A stretch of 64,000 nucleotides of DNA from Flavobacteriales bacterium (GCA_020852835.1 JADZAC010000012.1:58499-122498), one strand, 5' to 3'; positions 10,701 through 18,968 are shown, counted from the first letter of the stretch. Numbers and translations are program-made. Notes: a model not told the origin generated them from the sequence alone.

Positions 10701-10777
10701 GCCAGTGCAGTTGCAAACAAGCTCTCGGGGAGTCCTGGTCTCCCGCACGAAAACAAGCCGGCCGATCGGGGCGTCAC
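7769..10777 (-). CDS. LytS/YehU-type sensor histidine kinase with periplasmic two-component-regulator propeller repeats and Y_Y_Y domain
   Basis: Signal peptide, then many WxGTxxGL-type beta-propeller repeats, a Y_Y_Y-like segment, one TM, then His_kinase motif NRHFIFNALNSIQ and HATPase (LQPYVENSIWHG...DDGVGI). GTG start 1 nt after the upstream LytTR stop. Confidence 0.85.
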   Translation of the reverse strand: MTPRSAGLFSCGRPGLPESLFATALALGLTLALHAQQYGFTQFTPRDGLAQSQVRCMAQDKAGYLWFGTLGGASRFDGLEFTNYGLRNGLPDPQVNALLAATDGTVWLGCGGYLVHFDGLSMHTLQLPVTAEELRVLALAQGADGTVYAGTEGAGLLQVHGGKATPVDAWPRDSAMQVRSLLALPDGSLLVGLRNGLLRGKPGAWNPVALPFPTSISSLSMEPEGTIWAGTYGDGLIELRPDGSTLVHDEDNGLLQNNVRAVLHDGSGRTWAGTKFGVNLMDRGRLRAFTVHQGMPNDNVWSLLEDRNGSLWIGTDGAGVVRYAGDAYVSYTVTEGLCSDLVMTATRDQSGDIWLGTYGSGVCRMDAMAQISTLDGLPNNTVWSSTLDLDGSLWFGTSDGLCRISRGKVVPLPTDRSLAGQRVLALHQTASGELWCGTRDGVFILPRNGRAASLALSPNLTLRGVRSIQGSPNGNIWLATDLGAVMIDGNKATRFTTVNGLSHNTVFCMVHDKKGRLWMGTSDGLTCHDQGRFKRIDLGTDFGSNYVGLLVLDDAGSLWAGTNNGLFHFHPDSLLADPTAKEHILEEDGLRGLEFNLNSAFKDQGGRLFFGTNTGLVMHDPRMPSRYSRETTPKALITGVASPSSPIPGADSLMMGAAPHLEIAYQKNHLTFSYTAIALAYGRHVRFQYRLEGFDQEWMPPTEARFASYSNLPQGSYTFEVRAADRQAMGGGRWGPAAAVSFTITPPFWLSWWFFVLCALALLAMLFLVAKVRSLRRERQEKTRGLILRSRMLQLEQQALNANMNRHFIFNALNSIQYSINRQDRAVANKYLTSFAKLIRKNLDASQKDTTSLAEELQRLELYLVLEHMRFKDKFMYAISVDPAVDPERVSIPAMMLQPYVENSIWHGILPMAHAGRVDIRVDRTEEGRTRIRITDDGVGIDNSREHKSAESADHISRGIEITKGRADILRKLHMTDIRIQGPDQVRDGKGNAGTQVIVELP

Positions 10778-10778
10778 G

Positions 10779-11537
10779 CTAAAACGTATTGAGCATGGCC
10801 ATCAGTTCAGGCATGCGCCGTCTGCTTACCGGCACCAACGCTCCATTGTCCAGCACAGCCATATTCCCTTCGGTGCGGCTTAGGCTCACCAAATGTTCCA
10901 AGTTGATGATGAATGACTTGTGGACACGGAAGAATTTGCGCGGGTCCAAGTTGGTTTCGAAAACGCGGATGTGTTTGCTGCTCACCGTGCGTTTGCCATC
11001 GCGGGCATGTACCACGGTGTAGCTGTCCGCGGCCTCCAGGTACAGTATGTCTTCATGGCGCAGCAAGAGCAGGCCGTCCTTTCCGGGCACCGCCAGGCGG
11101 TTGCTCAAGGGTGATGCCGGGTTATTCACCAATGCCTTCAGGTGCTCCTCGTGCCGCAGGGCTTCGGCCGGGTTGCCAATGACTTGCGCAAGTTTGCCCA
11201 CGGCTCGGTCCAATTCATCGGGGTCGATCGGCTTCTCCAAATAATCCAAGGCGTTTTCCTTGAAGGCGCGCAGGGCAAATTCATCATAGGCCGTGGTGAA
11301 TACCACGGGCAAGTGCGGCACAGGCATGGAGCGAAGCAGGGAAAATCCATCTTCACCGGGCATCTTGATGTCGAGGAACAGCGCTTGTGGCGCTTCAGTT
11401 GCCATGAGCATGCGTGCCTCTTGGGCTGAACCCGCCATGCCCACGACCTCGATCTGCGGGCACTGCTCATCGAGCATCAATCGGAGGTTGTGGCGGGCGT
11501 CCGCCTCATCATCCACGATCAGAACGCGTATGGCCAT
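10779..11537 (-). CDS. LytTR-family response regulator
   Basis: Receiver (MAIRVLIVDDEADARHNL...LFLDIKMPGEDG) plus a LytTR DNA-binding domain (YLEAADSYTVVHARDG...FFRVHKSFIINLEHL). Internal Met at 11537 was chosen. Confidence 0.85.
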   Translation of the reverse strand: MAIRVLIVDDEADARHNLRLMLDEQCPQIEVVGMAGSAQEARMLMATEAPQALFLDIKMPGEDGFSLLRSMPVPHLPVVFTTAYDEFALRAFKENALDYLEKPIDPDELDRAVGKLAQVIGNPAEALRHEEHLKALVNNPASPLSNRLAVPGKDGLLLLRHEDILYLEAADSYTVVHARDGKRTVSSKHIRVFETNLDPRKFFRVHKSFIINLEHLVSLSRTEGNMAVLDNGALVPVSRRRMPELMAMLNTF

Positions 11538-11885
11538 GGCTGGAAGTTTCGCCCGGAAGGTAGAACTTGCGGGATCAACGGGATGCACAAAGCAATGAAC
11601 GGTGTTCAACGGGCGGGCTACGGCAAGGGGCGTTGGGCAAGGGCGTGGCCGCAGGGGAGCCGTTGGCTGAGGCGGTCCGGCCGTTGCTCGTTTATGCGTT
11701 TCACCGCGCCGCCGGTGCCATTAGTTTCGGATGCACAACCCCCTCATACCATGTGCTTCATCTACACCATCGCGCCTACTACTGCCCCCTACTGGTTGTT
11801 CAACGACTTGGGCAACTGAACAAGCAGGGAAGTAACCCCCGCCGACCGGACCGCGTATGAGGAGCTCCACCAACGAGCGCTTCGT

Positions 11886-12149
11886 ATGGGAACGAGACTT
11901 CCTTTCACCGAATTGAAGGTACGGATCAACAGGGTAGAACAGCTACTGATGTTCGACTATGAGCCAGGCACCGAAGAGGCGCTGTTCGACCTGTGCACCC
12001 AGGACGGCCAGATCTTGAAGACGGGTGACATAACAGGTCCGGTAACGCAGATCCGGTTGACGGATGTCCAGGACCAAGATCTGGTGCTGATGGTTCTTGA
12101 CGGTGAACACTCCGTTGTGCAACCCGTACAGCTGCGCAAGGCGGTATGA
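11886..12149 (+). CDS. orphan hypothetical small protein (87 aa) in a lower-GC patch
   Basis: Clean ORF with coding-like periodicity in a locally AT-richer stretch. No recognisable family. Confidence 0.3.
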   Translation: MGTRLPFTELKVRINRVEQLLMFDYEPGTEEALFDLCTQDGQILKTGDITGPVTQIRLTDVQDQDLVLMVLDGEHSVVQPVQLRKAV

Positions 12150-12509
12150 TACTCAGCACTTCAGGCCGTGATCCTTCCTTCGGGCAACCCACAGTGGCGC
12201 TGCCGGTATACGCCAGCATCACGGGAGGCGTAGTGAGGTTGCGGTGGGTAGTGAACGCCACATGGTTGTGTCCGGTACATCAAGCGGCCGGCATTCGGGT
12301 GCGCTACGTTGGCAGGCACAGGCGCCATTGAGGTGGATGCCAAGGCGCGAGCCGGGTTCCGACAAGGGTGTTTTGCGGGTTCGGCAGGGTGAACGTTCAA
12401 GTCCCGCATTGATCCATAGCCTTTCCTCACGCATGGTTCAAGGGAAACTCATCCTGGTGCACGGGCAAGTACCGGCCCGTTTGGCAGGCGAGGCCGCACG
12501 ATAGTGCGC

Positions 12510-12893
12510 TCAGAGGGCAACTTTCACCACCACGGTTTCCTCGTTGTCCTGTTCCTCTTCTATACGGATGATGCCTTCGCCGCTGAGTGAATCCTTGGTG
12601 GCCAGGATGTCCAGTACGGCGAAGCCTGCTTGTCCGCGTTTGTAAAACTCGGAGTAGTCGAAGATCACCTTGCCATCGGAACCAGTGGTTCCTTCTTTGG
12701 TCAACCGAGTGAAGTCCGCTTGCAAGGGATCGACCGGATCGGCGTAGAGCTTGACATAGGCGCCATTGACAGCGGCTCCGGCGCTGTCAAGCACGGTTAC
12801 GGTAGCCTTGGTGTCCTTTTCCTTGTTGCAAGACCCGAGCCCGGCGCCCAATACGGTCAACACAACAGGAACAATGAGGGCCTTGCGGGACAT
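12510..12893 (-). CDS. hypothetical lipoprotein (127 aa)
   Basis: MSRKALIVPVVLTVLGAGLGSC is a lipoprotein signal peptide. The remainder is a small beta-rich domain. Confidence 0.5.
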   Translation of the reverse strand: MSRKALIVPVVLTVLGAGLGSCNKEKDTKATVTVLDSAGAAVNGAYVKLYADPVDPLQADFTRLTKEGTTGSDGKVIFDYSEFYKRGQAGFAVLDILATKDSLSGEGIIRIEEEQDNEETVVVKVAL

Positions 12894-12975
12894 GGGAGTA
12901 GGTGTTGGTTACTTTTGGCCACTCGAGCATTTGGCCCGGCGGGCGCGAAAGAAGCCAAAAATAGCAACTGAAGCG

Positions 12976-13686
12976 ATGAACATCCAACTTCGGCTCCGGT
13001 ACTTGGTGCTCCTGCACATGTTTACCGCAGGTGCGCTGGTCGGCCGCGCACAAGCACCAACCAATGGCACCAGGCACTTGGTGGAGATCAATACCACTGC
13101 CGGGCGCATGGTGGTGGAATTATTCAATGAAACGCCGTTGCACCGGGACAATTTCCTGAAGTTGGCCAAGGAGCACTACTACGACAGTACCCTGTTCCAC
13201 CGGGTCATTTCGGGGTTCATGATCCAAGGTGGAGACCCGGACAGCCGTAACGCGGAGGATCGCACCATGCCCTTGGGCAATGGAGGCCCTGACTATACAG
13301 TGCCAGCGGAGTTCCGTGCCGGGCTGTTCCACCGCAAAGGCGCCTTGGCAGCGGCGCGGGAAAGCGACGACGTCAACCCCGAAAAGCGCAGCAGCGGAAG
13401 CCAATTTTACCTTGTGCAAGGGCGAGTATGGCCACCCTCGGACCTGGCGCGCATGGAGGCACGCCAGAACGCTGCCCGGGCGGACAGTTTGGACGTGCAT
13501 TACACACCGGAACAGATCGAAGTGTACCACACCCTGGGAGGCACCCCGCACCTGGACGGGAATTATACCGTATTTGGCCAGCTGGTGGAGGGAATGGAGG
13601 TTTTGGACCGCATTGCGGGCCAAGCATGTGATGACCAAGATCGGCCATTGACCGATGTGCGCATGTGGATGCGCGTGATCCAATGA
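12976..13686 (+). CDS. cyclophilin-type peptidyl-prolyl cis-trans isomerase, secreted
   Basis: Signal peptide, then HRVISGFMIQGGDP...FGQLVEGMEVLDRI cyclophilin signature. The internal Met at 12976 was chosen over the ORF-track start 12766, which is antisense to the neighbouring gene. Confidence 0.9.
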   Translation: MNIQLRLRYLVLLHMFTAGALVGRAQAPTNGTRHLVEINTTAGRMVVELFNETPLHRDNFLKLAKEHYYDSTLFHRVISGFMIQGGDPDSRNAEDRTMPLGNGGPDYTVPAEFRAGLFHRKGALAAARESDDVNPEKRSSGSQFYLVQGRVWPPSDLARMEARQNAARADSLDVHYTPEQIEVYHTLGGTPHLDGNYTVFGQLVEGMEVLDRIAGQACDDQDRPLTDVRMWMRVIQ

Positions 13687-14738
13687 ACCTGAACGAACGT
13701 GTGCTGGCCGTGGAGGCTGAGATCGCGGCCGCGTCGGCCGTTGGTGCCGATGCGGCGGAATCCTTCCGGGTGACCATGCTGGGCCGCAATGGCAAGGTTA
13801 CCGTGCTATTGGATGAGCTGAAGCAAGTGCCCCCGGAGGAGAAACGGATCTGGGGCCAACGGTTGAACCAGCTGAAGCATGCGGCCCGCCTGCGCTGGGA
13901 AGAATTGAAGGCCACCGTGGAGGCCCTACCACCGGTGCCGACCGGTACCGTTGACCTGACACGCCCTGCATTGCGGGAACCCGTCGGCAGCCTGCACCCG
14001 ATCAGTCTCGTCAGGCAGCGCATCACAGGGATCTTCTCCCGCTTGGGCTATACCGTAAGCCAAGGGCCCGAAGTGGAGGATGATCACCACAACTTCGGTG
14101 CGTTGAACTTTCCGCCGGACCATCCGGCGCGTGATATGCAGGATACTTTTTTCGTGCAGGGCATTGAAGGTCCGGGCGCGGGTGATGGCTGGGCGTTGCG
14201 CACCCATACCAGCAGCGTACAAGTGCGGGTGATGGAACAGGGCAAGCCGCCCATACGCACCATCAGCCCCGGCCGCGTATACCGCAATGAGGCCATCAGC
14301 GCCAGGGCCCACTGCATGTTCCACCAAGTGGAAGGCCTTTATGTGGACAAGGATGTGAGTTTTGCAGAGTTGAAAGGCACGCTGGACCACTTTGTTAAAA
14401 CGCTCTTTGGCCCTGGATCGGCGATCCGCCTGCGCCCCAGTTACTTTCCCTTTACCGAACCCAGTGCAGAGGTGGATATGAGCTGCACTTTGTGCAATGG
14501 CGAAGGGTGCACGGTTTGCAAGCACAGTGGCTGGGTGGAGATCATGGGCTGCGGCATGGTGGACCCGGCCGTGCTCGGCAATTGCGGCATTGATCCGGCA
14601 GTGTACAGTGGCTTTGCCTTCGGCATGGGCGTGGAGCGCATCGCGCAATTGATCTACCGGGTACCGGACCTGCGGTTGTACTGGGAAAATGATGTACGTT
14701 TCCTGGAGCAATTCGCCGACGGTGCTTTCCGCAGTTGA
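13683..14738 (+). CDS. pheS: phenylalanine--tRNA ligase alpha subunit
   Basis: Class II aaRS motifs (HPARDMQDTFF, FPFTEPSAEVD, GMGVERIAQL). The ATG overlaps the PPIase stop (ATGA). Confidence 0.9.
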   Translation: MNLNERVLAVEAEIAAASAVGADAAESFRVTMLGRNGKVTVLLDELKQVPPEEKRIWGQRLNQLKHAARLRWEELKATVEALPPVPTGTVDLTRPALREPVGSLHPISLVRQRITGIFSRLGYTVSQGPEVEDDHHNFGALNFPPDHPARDMQDTFFVQGIEGPGAGDGWALRTHTSSVQVRVMEQGKPPIRTISPGRVYRNEAISARAHCMFHQVEGLYVDKDVSFAELKGTLDHFVKTLFGPGSAIRLRPSYFPFTEPSAEVDMSCTLCNGEGCTVCKHSGWVEIMGCGMVDPAVLGNCGIDPAVYSGFAFGMGVERIAQLIYRVPDLRLYWENDVRFLEQFADGAFRS

Positions 14739-14874
14739 ACGAAACCGGAGGCCGTGGCCGGCGCCAACTGATGGGTGGCAGGTTGTTTGCAGGCCCGTCA
14801 ATCGGAAAGCCCCATTAGCGGGGATCGCGAAGGCAAGGGTGATGCAAACTCTGGGATTGGCACAATGGTGCCGA

Positions 14875-16014
14875 TCATGTTTTCACAATGCGTACGACAT
14901 CCGATCCCTTGGAGGATCGGACCAACAGCAAATAGGTTCCGGCAGCGAGTTCGCCTCCTTGGATGAGCAACGTACCTTGATGCGGCTGGACCCCGGCCAA
15001 TCGCCTGCGTCCCACAAGGTCGAGCACTTCCCATGTTGCGCCAGCAGGCACGTGGTCAACCATCAGCTCCGTACCAAAGGGCATGGGATGGGCGACCAAC
15101 CCGGTTGGTGATGCCGGCCCGGATATTCCCGCAGCGATGTATGTAGACACCGTAGTGCAGGTTGTGGCGGTGCAGGTATCAGTGGCCAACGGCCCCCAAC
15201 TGTTCACCGTGGCGCAGATCTCGTAAACTCCGTCTTCACCGTACAGGTGCAGTATGGGGTTTCCCTCGTTGCTGGTGCCGTCGCCGAGGTCCCACACAAT
15301 GGAGTGTTCCATGCCGGAAGTGATGCTGTGGTCAAAACCGGCGATGCCACGCCCCAACTGAACAATATGGATGTTCGCCTGCAGCACATTTTCACAAGGG
15401 ACATCGGCGGGTCCGAGGTAGATCCAATTGCAGGCGGTGGCTGTGCAAGAGGCGCTGGCAACAGTGAGGCAGGCTTCGTAAGGCCCGTAGCCGGCATAGG
15501 CGTGCATGGGCGAACCCTCGGTGGAGCTTGTTCCATCGCCAAAGTCCCACAGTACGCTGTTCAGCGATGAACCGGATACGGTCTGGTTGATGAAGTTCAG
15601 GGAATCCCCGGCCAACGCGATGTTGAACCCCGGAACCAGTCCGGCACAAAGCGAATCCACCGGCAAGTGGATCAACTGGCAATCGGCGGACAGGCAGGCG
15701 CCTTGCTGGAGGTCCTGTACGGTGGAAAGCAAACAGACGAGATAATCCCCTGGCCCGGGAAAGGCGTAGGCTACTTGCATGCCCCAGTCAGTAGCTTGGA
15801 AATCCTCCCCTGCAAACCCCCAATCTGCGGAATAGACAGCGGTTCCGGACGGCGGAACGCCAGCGGAGAACACCGTGGTGTATTCGGCTTCGCCTTGCCA
15901 GGTGAAGTTGACGGTGTGCAGGCTATCGCACGGTGGTTGGCCCGCAGCGGACCACCAAGCGCAGACCAAGGCCAAGGCAAGACCGGAGCGCGGGAAATAG
16001 TGCCGGGCAGACAT
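14875..16014 (-). CDS. PKD-domain secreted protein with T9SS C-terminal sorting domain
   Basis: Signal peptide (MSARHYFPRSGLALALVCAWWSAAGQ), two PKD-like WDFGDGT / WDLGDGTS repeats, and a C-terminal Por-secretion tail (GTYLLLVRSSKGSDVVRIVKT). Start overlaps the upstream gene stop by 1 nt (TAATG). Confidence 0.8.
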   Translation of the reverse strand: MSARHYFPRSGLALALVCAWWSAAGQPPCDSLHTVNFTWQGEAEYTTVFSAGVPPSGTAVYSADWGFAGEDFQATDWGMQVAYAFPGPGDYLVCLLSTVQDLQQGACLSADCQLIHLPVDSLCAGLVPGFNIALAGDSLNFINQTVSGSSLNSVLWDFGDGTSSTEGSPMHAYAGYGPYEACLTVASASCTATACNWIYLGPADVPCENVLQANIHIVQLGRGIAGFDHSITSGMEHSIVWDLGDGTSNEGNPILHLYGEDGVYEICATVNSWGPLATDTCTATTCTTVSTYIAAGISGPASPTGLVAHPMPFGTELMVDHVPAGATWEVLDLVGRRRLAGVQPHQGTLLIQGGELAAGTYLLLVRSSKGSDVVRIVKT

Positions 16015-17486
16015 TAGCGTGCGGGTTTGAAGTTGTAGCCCAAGCGGATGCGTACACCCATGCGTTGGGGCAGTGTGAAAGGATGCTCGTTGGTTTGGGC
16101 CACTGCAACCAGGCCGGTGGTGTACGAGGGGGAGGCCCAAAGCACCCAACGCTCATTTATCGTGTAGCCCAGATCGGCAGCCAAGGTTCCGGCCACGATC
16201 AAGGTCCTGCGGTTGTGCGCATCTTCCGCGCGCTCACTGCGGATGCCCCCGTTGACATAGGCCAAGGTGGCTCCCGATCTGATGGTATTCAGTTCCATGG
16301 CCAAGCCGGTGCGTGCGCCAAACCGGAATCGCCGATAAGGGGTGTGCCAACCCAGCTCAAAGGGAATCCGCAGGGAGGCCACCCGGTTGACCGCCGCCAC
16401 CCGTTCTTGCACATCGCTCAAGATGCTCACCGTGTCGGTGTAGCTGGAGAGCACTTGGGAGTTGAAGGTGACCACGAATGTTACAAGCGAGTCTTGCCGG
16501 GTGGTGAACCGATCCATGTGATCGAAATCAAAACGAGATGCACTGTACTCCACACCGGAAGAAAGGCTCCAGCCCCCCCGGCTTTGGCGGCCGACCAGCA
16601 CACCAAAGGAAGTAACGGGGTGCATGACCTCGGTATTCTGAAGCGCCATCGCCAGTTCAGCATCATCGGATTTCCATGTCCGTCCTTCGCTGTACAGGCC
16701 TGCGGTGCCGGCCACCCACCACACTCGGTGCGGAGCCCGGAACACCGTATGAGCGGGGAACGCGGGTACGGGCGCGGTACAGGGAGCGGCTTGGGGAAGA
16801 CGCACATTCAAGAGCACGGGCTGGCCTGTGCTGCCCGGAAGCATAGCCGAAATGACCTCCCCGGGAATTCCAACCGTTCCTGTTTTGGCTTGTGCATGCC
16901 AACCAGCAGGAATCAGGAAAACACTGGAGCCGTCGGTTACCATGCTGTCGGGCGAAGGCCCCGGTTCAGGTTGTGGCAAAACTGTTTGCAGCGGAGCAAG
17001 CACCTTTTGCCGATCCAATGTCCTATCGGATGTGCGCACATTTGCCGCGCTGGCAGCATGCCGGGTGCCCGGGGGAGGTGAGCCCGGGAGAAGGGCTACT
17101 TGTACCGGTATTGGTTTTTTACCGGAATTTTTCTCGTTCGTGCTACCCTTTATGCTTGGCGAAGCCTCCTGGTTGCCGCCCGGCTCATGTACCTGTTCCG
17201 GTGGAGGCAATATCGGGTTTACCGCAGCGACAGGTTGCTGCGTGCCATAGAGGGAATCCGCAGCTGCGGCCCCAGGCTTTTCACGGCCGTGAAGATCGGC
17301 CAACAACCATACGGCAGAACCACCGGCCAGCAGCACCAAGGACAGCCAGCCCCCAATGCCCAGCTTTCCGTTGCGTCCACGCCCCTTGTTCCGGGCAATG
17401 GTCTGCCAAACCTGCGGAGGCGGAGGCACCTCGGCATCCCTCAGGACGCGGGCGAAGAGGTCATCGATCGGATGTTTCTCCTTCAT
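16014..17486 (-). CDS. anti-sigma-factor-like membrane protein with Pro-rich linker and C-terminal outer-membrane beta-barrel-like domain
   Basis: N-terminus MKEKHPIDDLFARVLRDAEVPPPPQVWQTI resembles the Bacteroidota anti-sigma N-terminal segment that follows ECF sigma genes. One TM, a long P/A/G-rich linker, then amphipathic beta-strand pattern ending LGYNFKPAR. Overlaps the sigma gene by 26 nt. Confidence 0.55.
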   Translation of the reverse strand: MKEKHPIDDLFARVLRDAEVPPPPQVWQTIARNKGRGRNGKLGIGGWLSLVLLAGGSAVWLLADLHGREKPGAAAADSLYGTQQPVAAVNPILPPPEQVHEPGGNQEASPSIKGSTNEKNSGKKPIPVQVALLPGSPPPGTRHAASAANVRTSDRTLDRQKVLAPLQTVLPQPEPGPSPDSMVTDGSSVFLIPAGWHAQAKTGTVGIPGEVISAMLPGSTGQPVLLNVRLPQAAPCTAPVPAFPAHTVFRAPHRVWWVAGTAGLYSEGRTWKSDDAELAMALQNTEVMHPVTSFGVLVGRQSRGGWSLSSGVEYSASRFDFDHMDRFTTRQDSLVTFVVTFNSQVLSSYTDTVSILSDVQERVAAVNRVASLRIPFELGWHTPYRRFRFGARTGLAMELNTIRSGATLAYVNGGIRSERAEDAHNRRTLIVAGTLAADLGYTINERWVLWASPSYTTGLVAVAQTNEHPFTLPQRMGVRIRLGYNFKPAR

Positions 17487-18078
17487 GTTTTTTCCGGCGG
17501 TTCAGTAGTTCCATTCCTTGTTGCAATGCACGCCGTGCCTTGGCGAGCTGACTGCGCGAGGTGCCTTCATTGCACCCCAGCAGCGAGGCGATTTCCGCAT
17601 GTTCATAACCCTCGATGGCGAACAAGTTGAACACCATCCGATAGCCGTCTGGCAGTTGTTGCACCAGGGTCATCAGTTCAGCGTGGCCCAAATTGGCCAA
17701 GGCAACCGGTGCAACTGTGCCCTCGTTGGCCCGGTCCGTACCCAGGACCTCCCCGCGCACCCAGCGTTGGCGTAGATGGTTGATGCAGGTGTGCACCATG
17801 ATGCGCCGGATCCATCCTTCCAAAGAACCCTCCATGCGGAAGCTGGGAAGCTTCTCAAAGACCCGGATAAATCCTTCCTGAAGCAGGTCCTCCGCTTCCG
17901 CCCGATGGCGGGCATAACGCAGGCATACGGCGAACATGCGCGATGCGTGCAGCGTGTAGAGCGCCTCCTGTGCGCGCGTGTCACCTTGCATGCATCGGCG
18001 AGCCAGCTCGTATGGGTCCAGCTCCCGCACCAGTGGGAATTGATCTGTATCCATGGGCAAGACACCGCCCCGCGACAA
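17461..18078 (-). CDS. RNA polymerase ECF-type sigma-70 factor
   Basis: Region 2 (LLQEGFIRVFEK) and region 4 (YRMVFNLFAIEGYEHAEIASLLGCNEGTSRSQLAKARRAL) of sigma-70 group 4. Confidence 0.85.
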   Translation of the reverse strand: MSRGGVLPMDTDQFPLVRELDPYELARRCMQGDTRAQEALYTLHASRMFAVCLRYARHRAEAEDLLQEGFIRVFEKLPSFRMEGSLEGWIRRIMVHTCINHLRQRWVRGEVLGTDRANEGTVAPVALANLGHAELMTLVQQLPDGYRMVFNLFAIEGYEHAEIASLLGCNEGTSRSQLAKARRALQQGMELLNRRKKHEGETSDR

Positions 18079-18550
18079 AGCGCTGCCTGAGGTCTGGATT
18101 TTTGAAAGATACTGCCAATCGGGACAGCCCTGGCCGCATGTGGCGACTGGCCTAAACTGGTGCGGTACTGATCGGATGAATACCGCTCGCAGGAGGATGT
18201 GTGCCTTCCCCCTTTCACCGGTGTTCTGGTGTCGCCAAGCCCGACCGCACCGCCAAGGAAAAGTTCGAGATCCTCACAATAGCCTCGAAACGACGAGATC
18301 AGCACTGTTCCACGGCAAAGGGACGAGGGGCTACCCTAACTCCCAGCCTAGATAGCGAAACGGACCATAACACACTGGCGAGCAACCGCATACTGCCTTG
18401 TAATGGCATCCAACAAACGGATGCAAACGGCTATGAACGATTACAAATGCAAGATCAACCGGATCCGCGAAAAGTTGATCGGAATGTTTGCCAAGGCGAC
18501 TGACAACCAGCCGCCAAGCAAATCGGAGCAACACACCAACACCCAACAAG

Positions 18551-18922
18551 ATGAGAACGCAGAACAACCATGTACGCTTGATCGGCAACCTTGGCTTTGA
18601 CCCGGAAGTGCGCGAGGTGGCGCCCGGCCGCAGGGTGGCCCGCATGAGCTTGGCCACAAGTGAAAATTACCTCAATGCCGAGGGGGAGCGCGTAACGGAT
18701 ACCCAATGGCACACGGTGGTGGCCTGGGGGCGTATTGCAGACCAAGTGAGGCAGCTCTTGGCCAAAGGCACGCCGGTGATGGTGGAAGGCCGTTTGGTGC
18801 ACCGCAGCTATCCGGGCAAGGATGGCATCAAGCGCCACGTGACCGAGGTGGTACTGAATGATTTCAAGGTGATCCAGTTCGCCAAGCGGGACCGGTCCAC
18901 CAGCAGCATGGCGGCAGCCTGA
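18551..18922 (+). CDS. ssb: single-stranded DNA-binding protein
   Basis: MRTQNNHVRLIGNLGFDPEVREV...TQWHTVVAWGRIAD...VEGRLVHRSY is an OB-fold SSB signature. The internal Met at 18551 was chosen. Confidence 0.85.
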   Translation: MRTQNNHVRLIGNLGFDPEVREVAPGRRVARMSLATSENYLNAEGERVTDTQWHTVVAWGRIADQVRQLLAKGTPVMVEGRLVHRSYPGKDGIKRHVTEVVLNDFKVIQFAKRDRSTSSMAAA

Positions 18923-18944
18923 GCCAGTGGCCGGAGCGGATAAG

Positions 18945-18968
18945 AGGGGCGCGGATTTCCGCGCCCCT
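18945..18968. terminator. bidirectional GC-rich terminator hairpin between convergent ssb and glycoside hydrolase genes
   Basis: AGGGGCGCGG-ATTT-CCGCGCCCCT, a perfect 10-bp stem, followed by CTTGCGTTATTG. Confidence 0.55.

Noticed and set aside
12766-12975. Upstream in-frame starts for the PPIase gene (12766 in the ORF track) and likewise for dut (22268)
   Set aside because: For the PPIase, the extension overlaps the divergent lipoprotein gene on the opposite strand. For dut, the extension has antisense-like composition. In both cases internal Met residues give N-termini matching the respective families.
14857-14874. TGGCAC...GTGCC motif resembling a sigma-54 -24/-12 promoter
   Set aside because: The GG-GC spacing is one nucleotide short of the consensus and the -12 TTGC element is absent. 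It is better explained as a 5-bp hairpin directly after the PKD gene stop codon.
18079-18550. Possible tmRNA or RNase P RNA in the AT-richer non-coding region
   Set aside because: There is no tRNA-like acceptor/T-arm, no tag-peptide reading frame ending in ...YALAA-like residues, and no RNase P conserved blocks. Kept only as an unexplained non-coding region.
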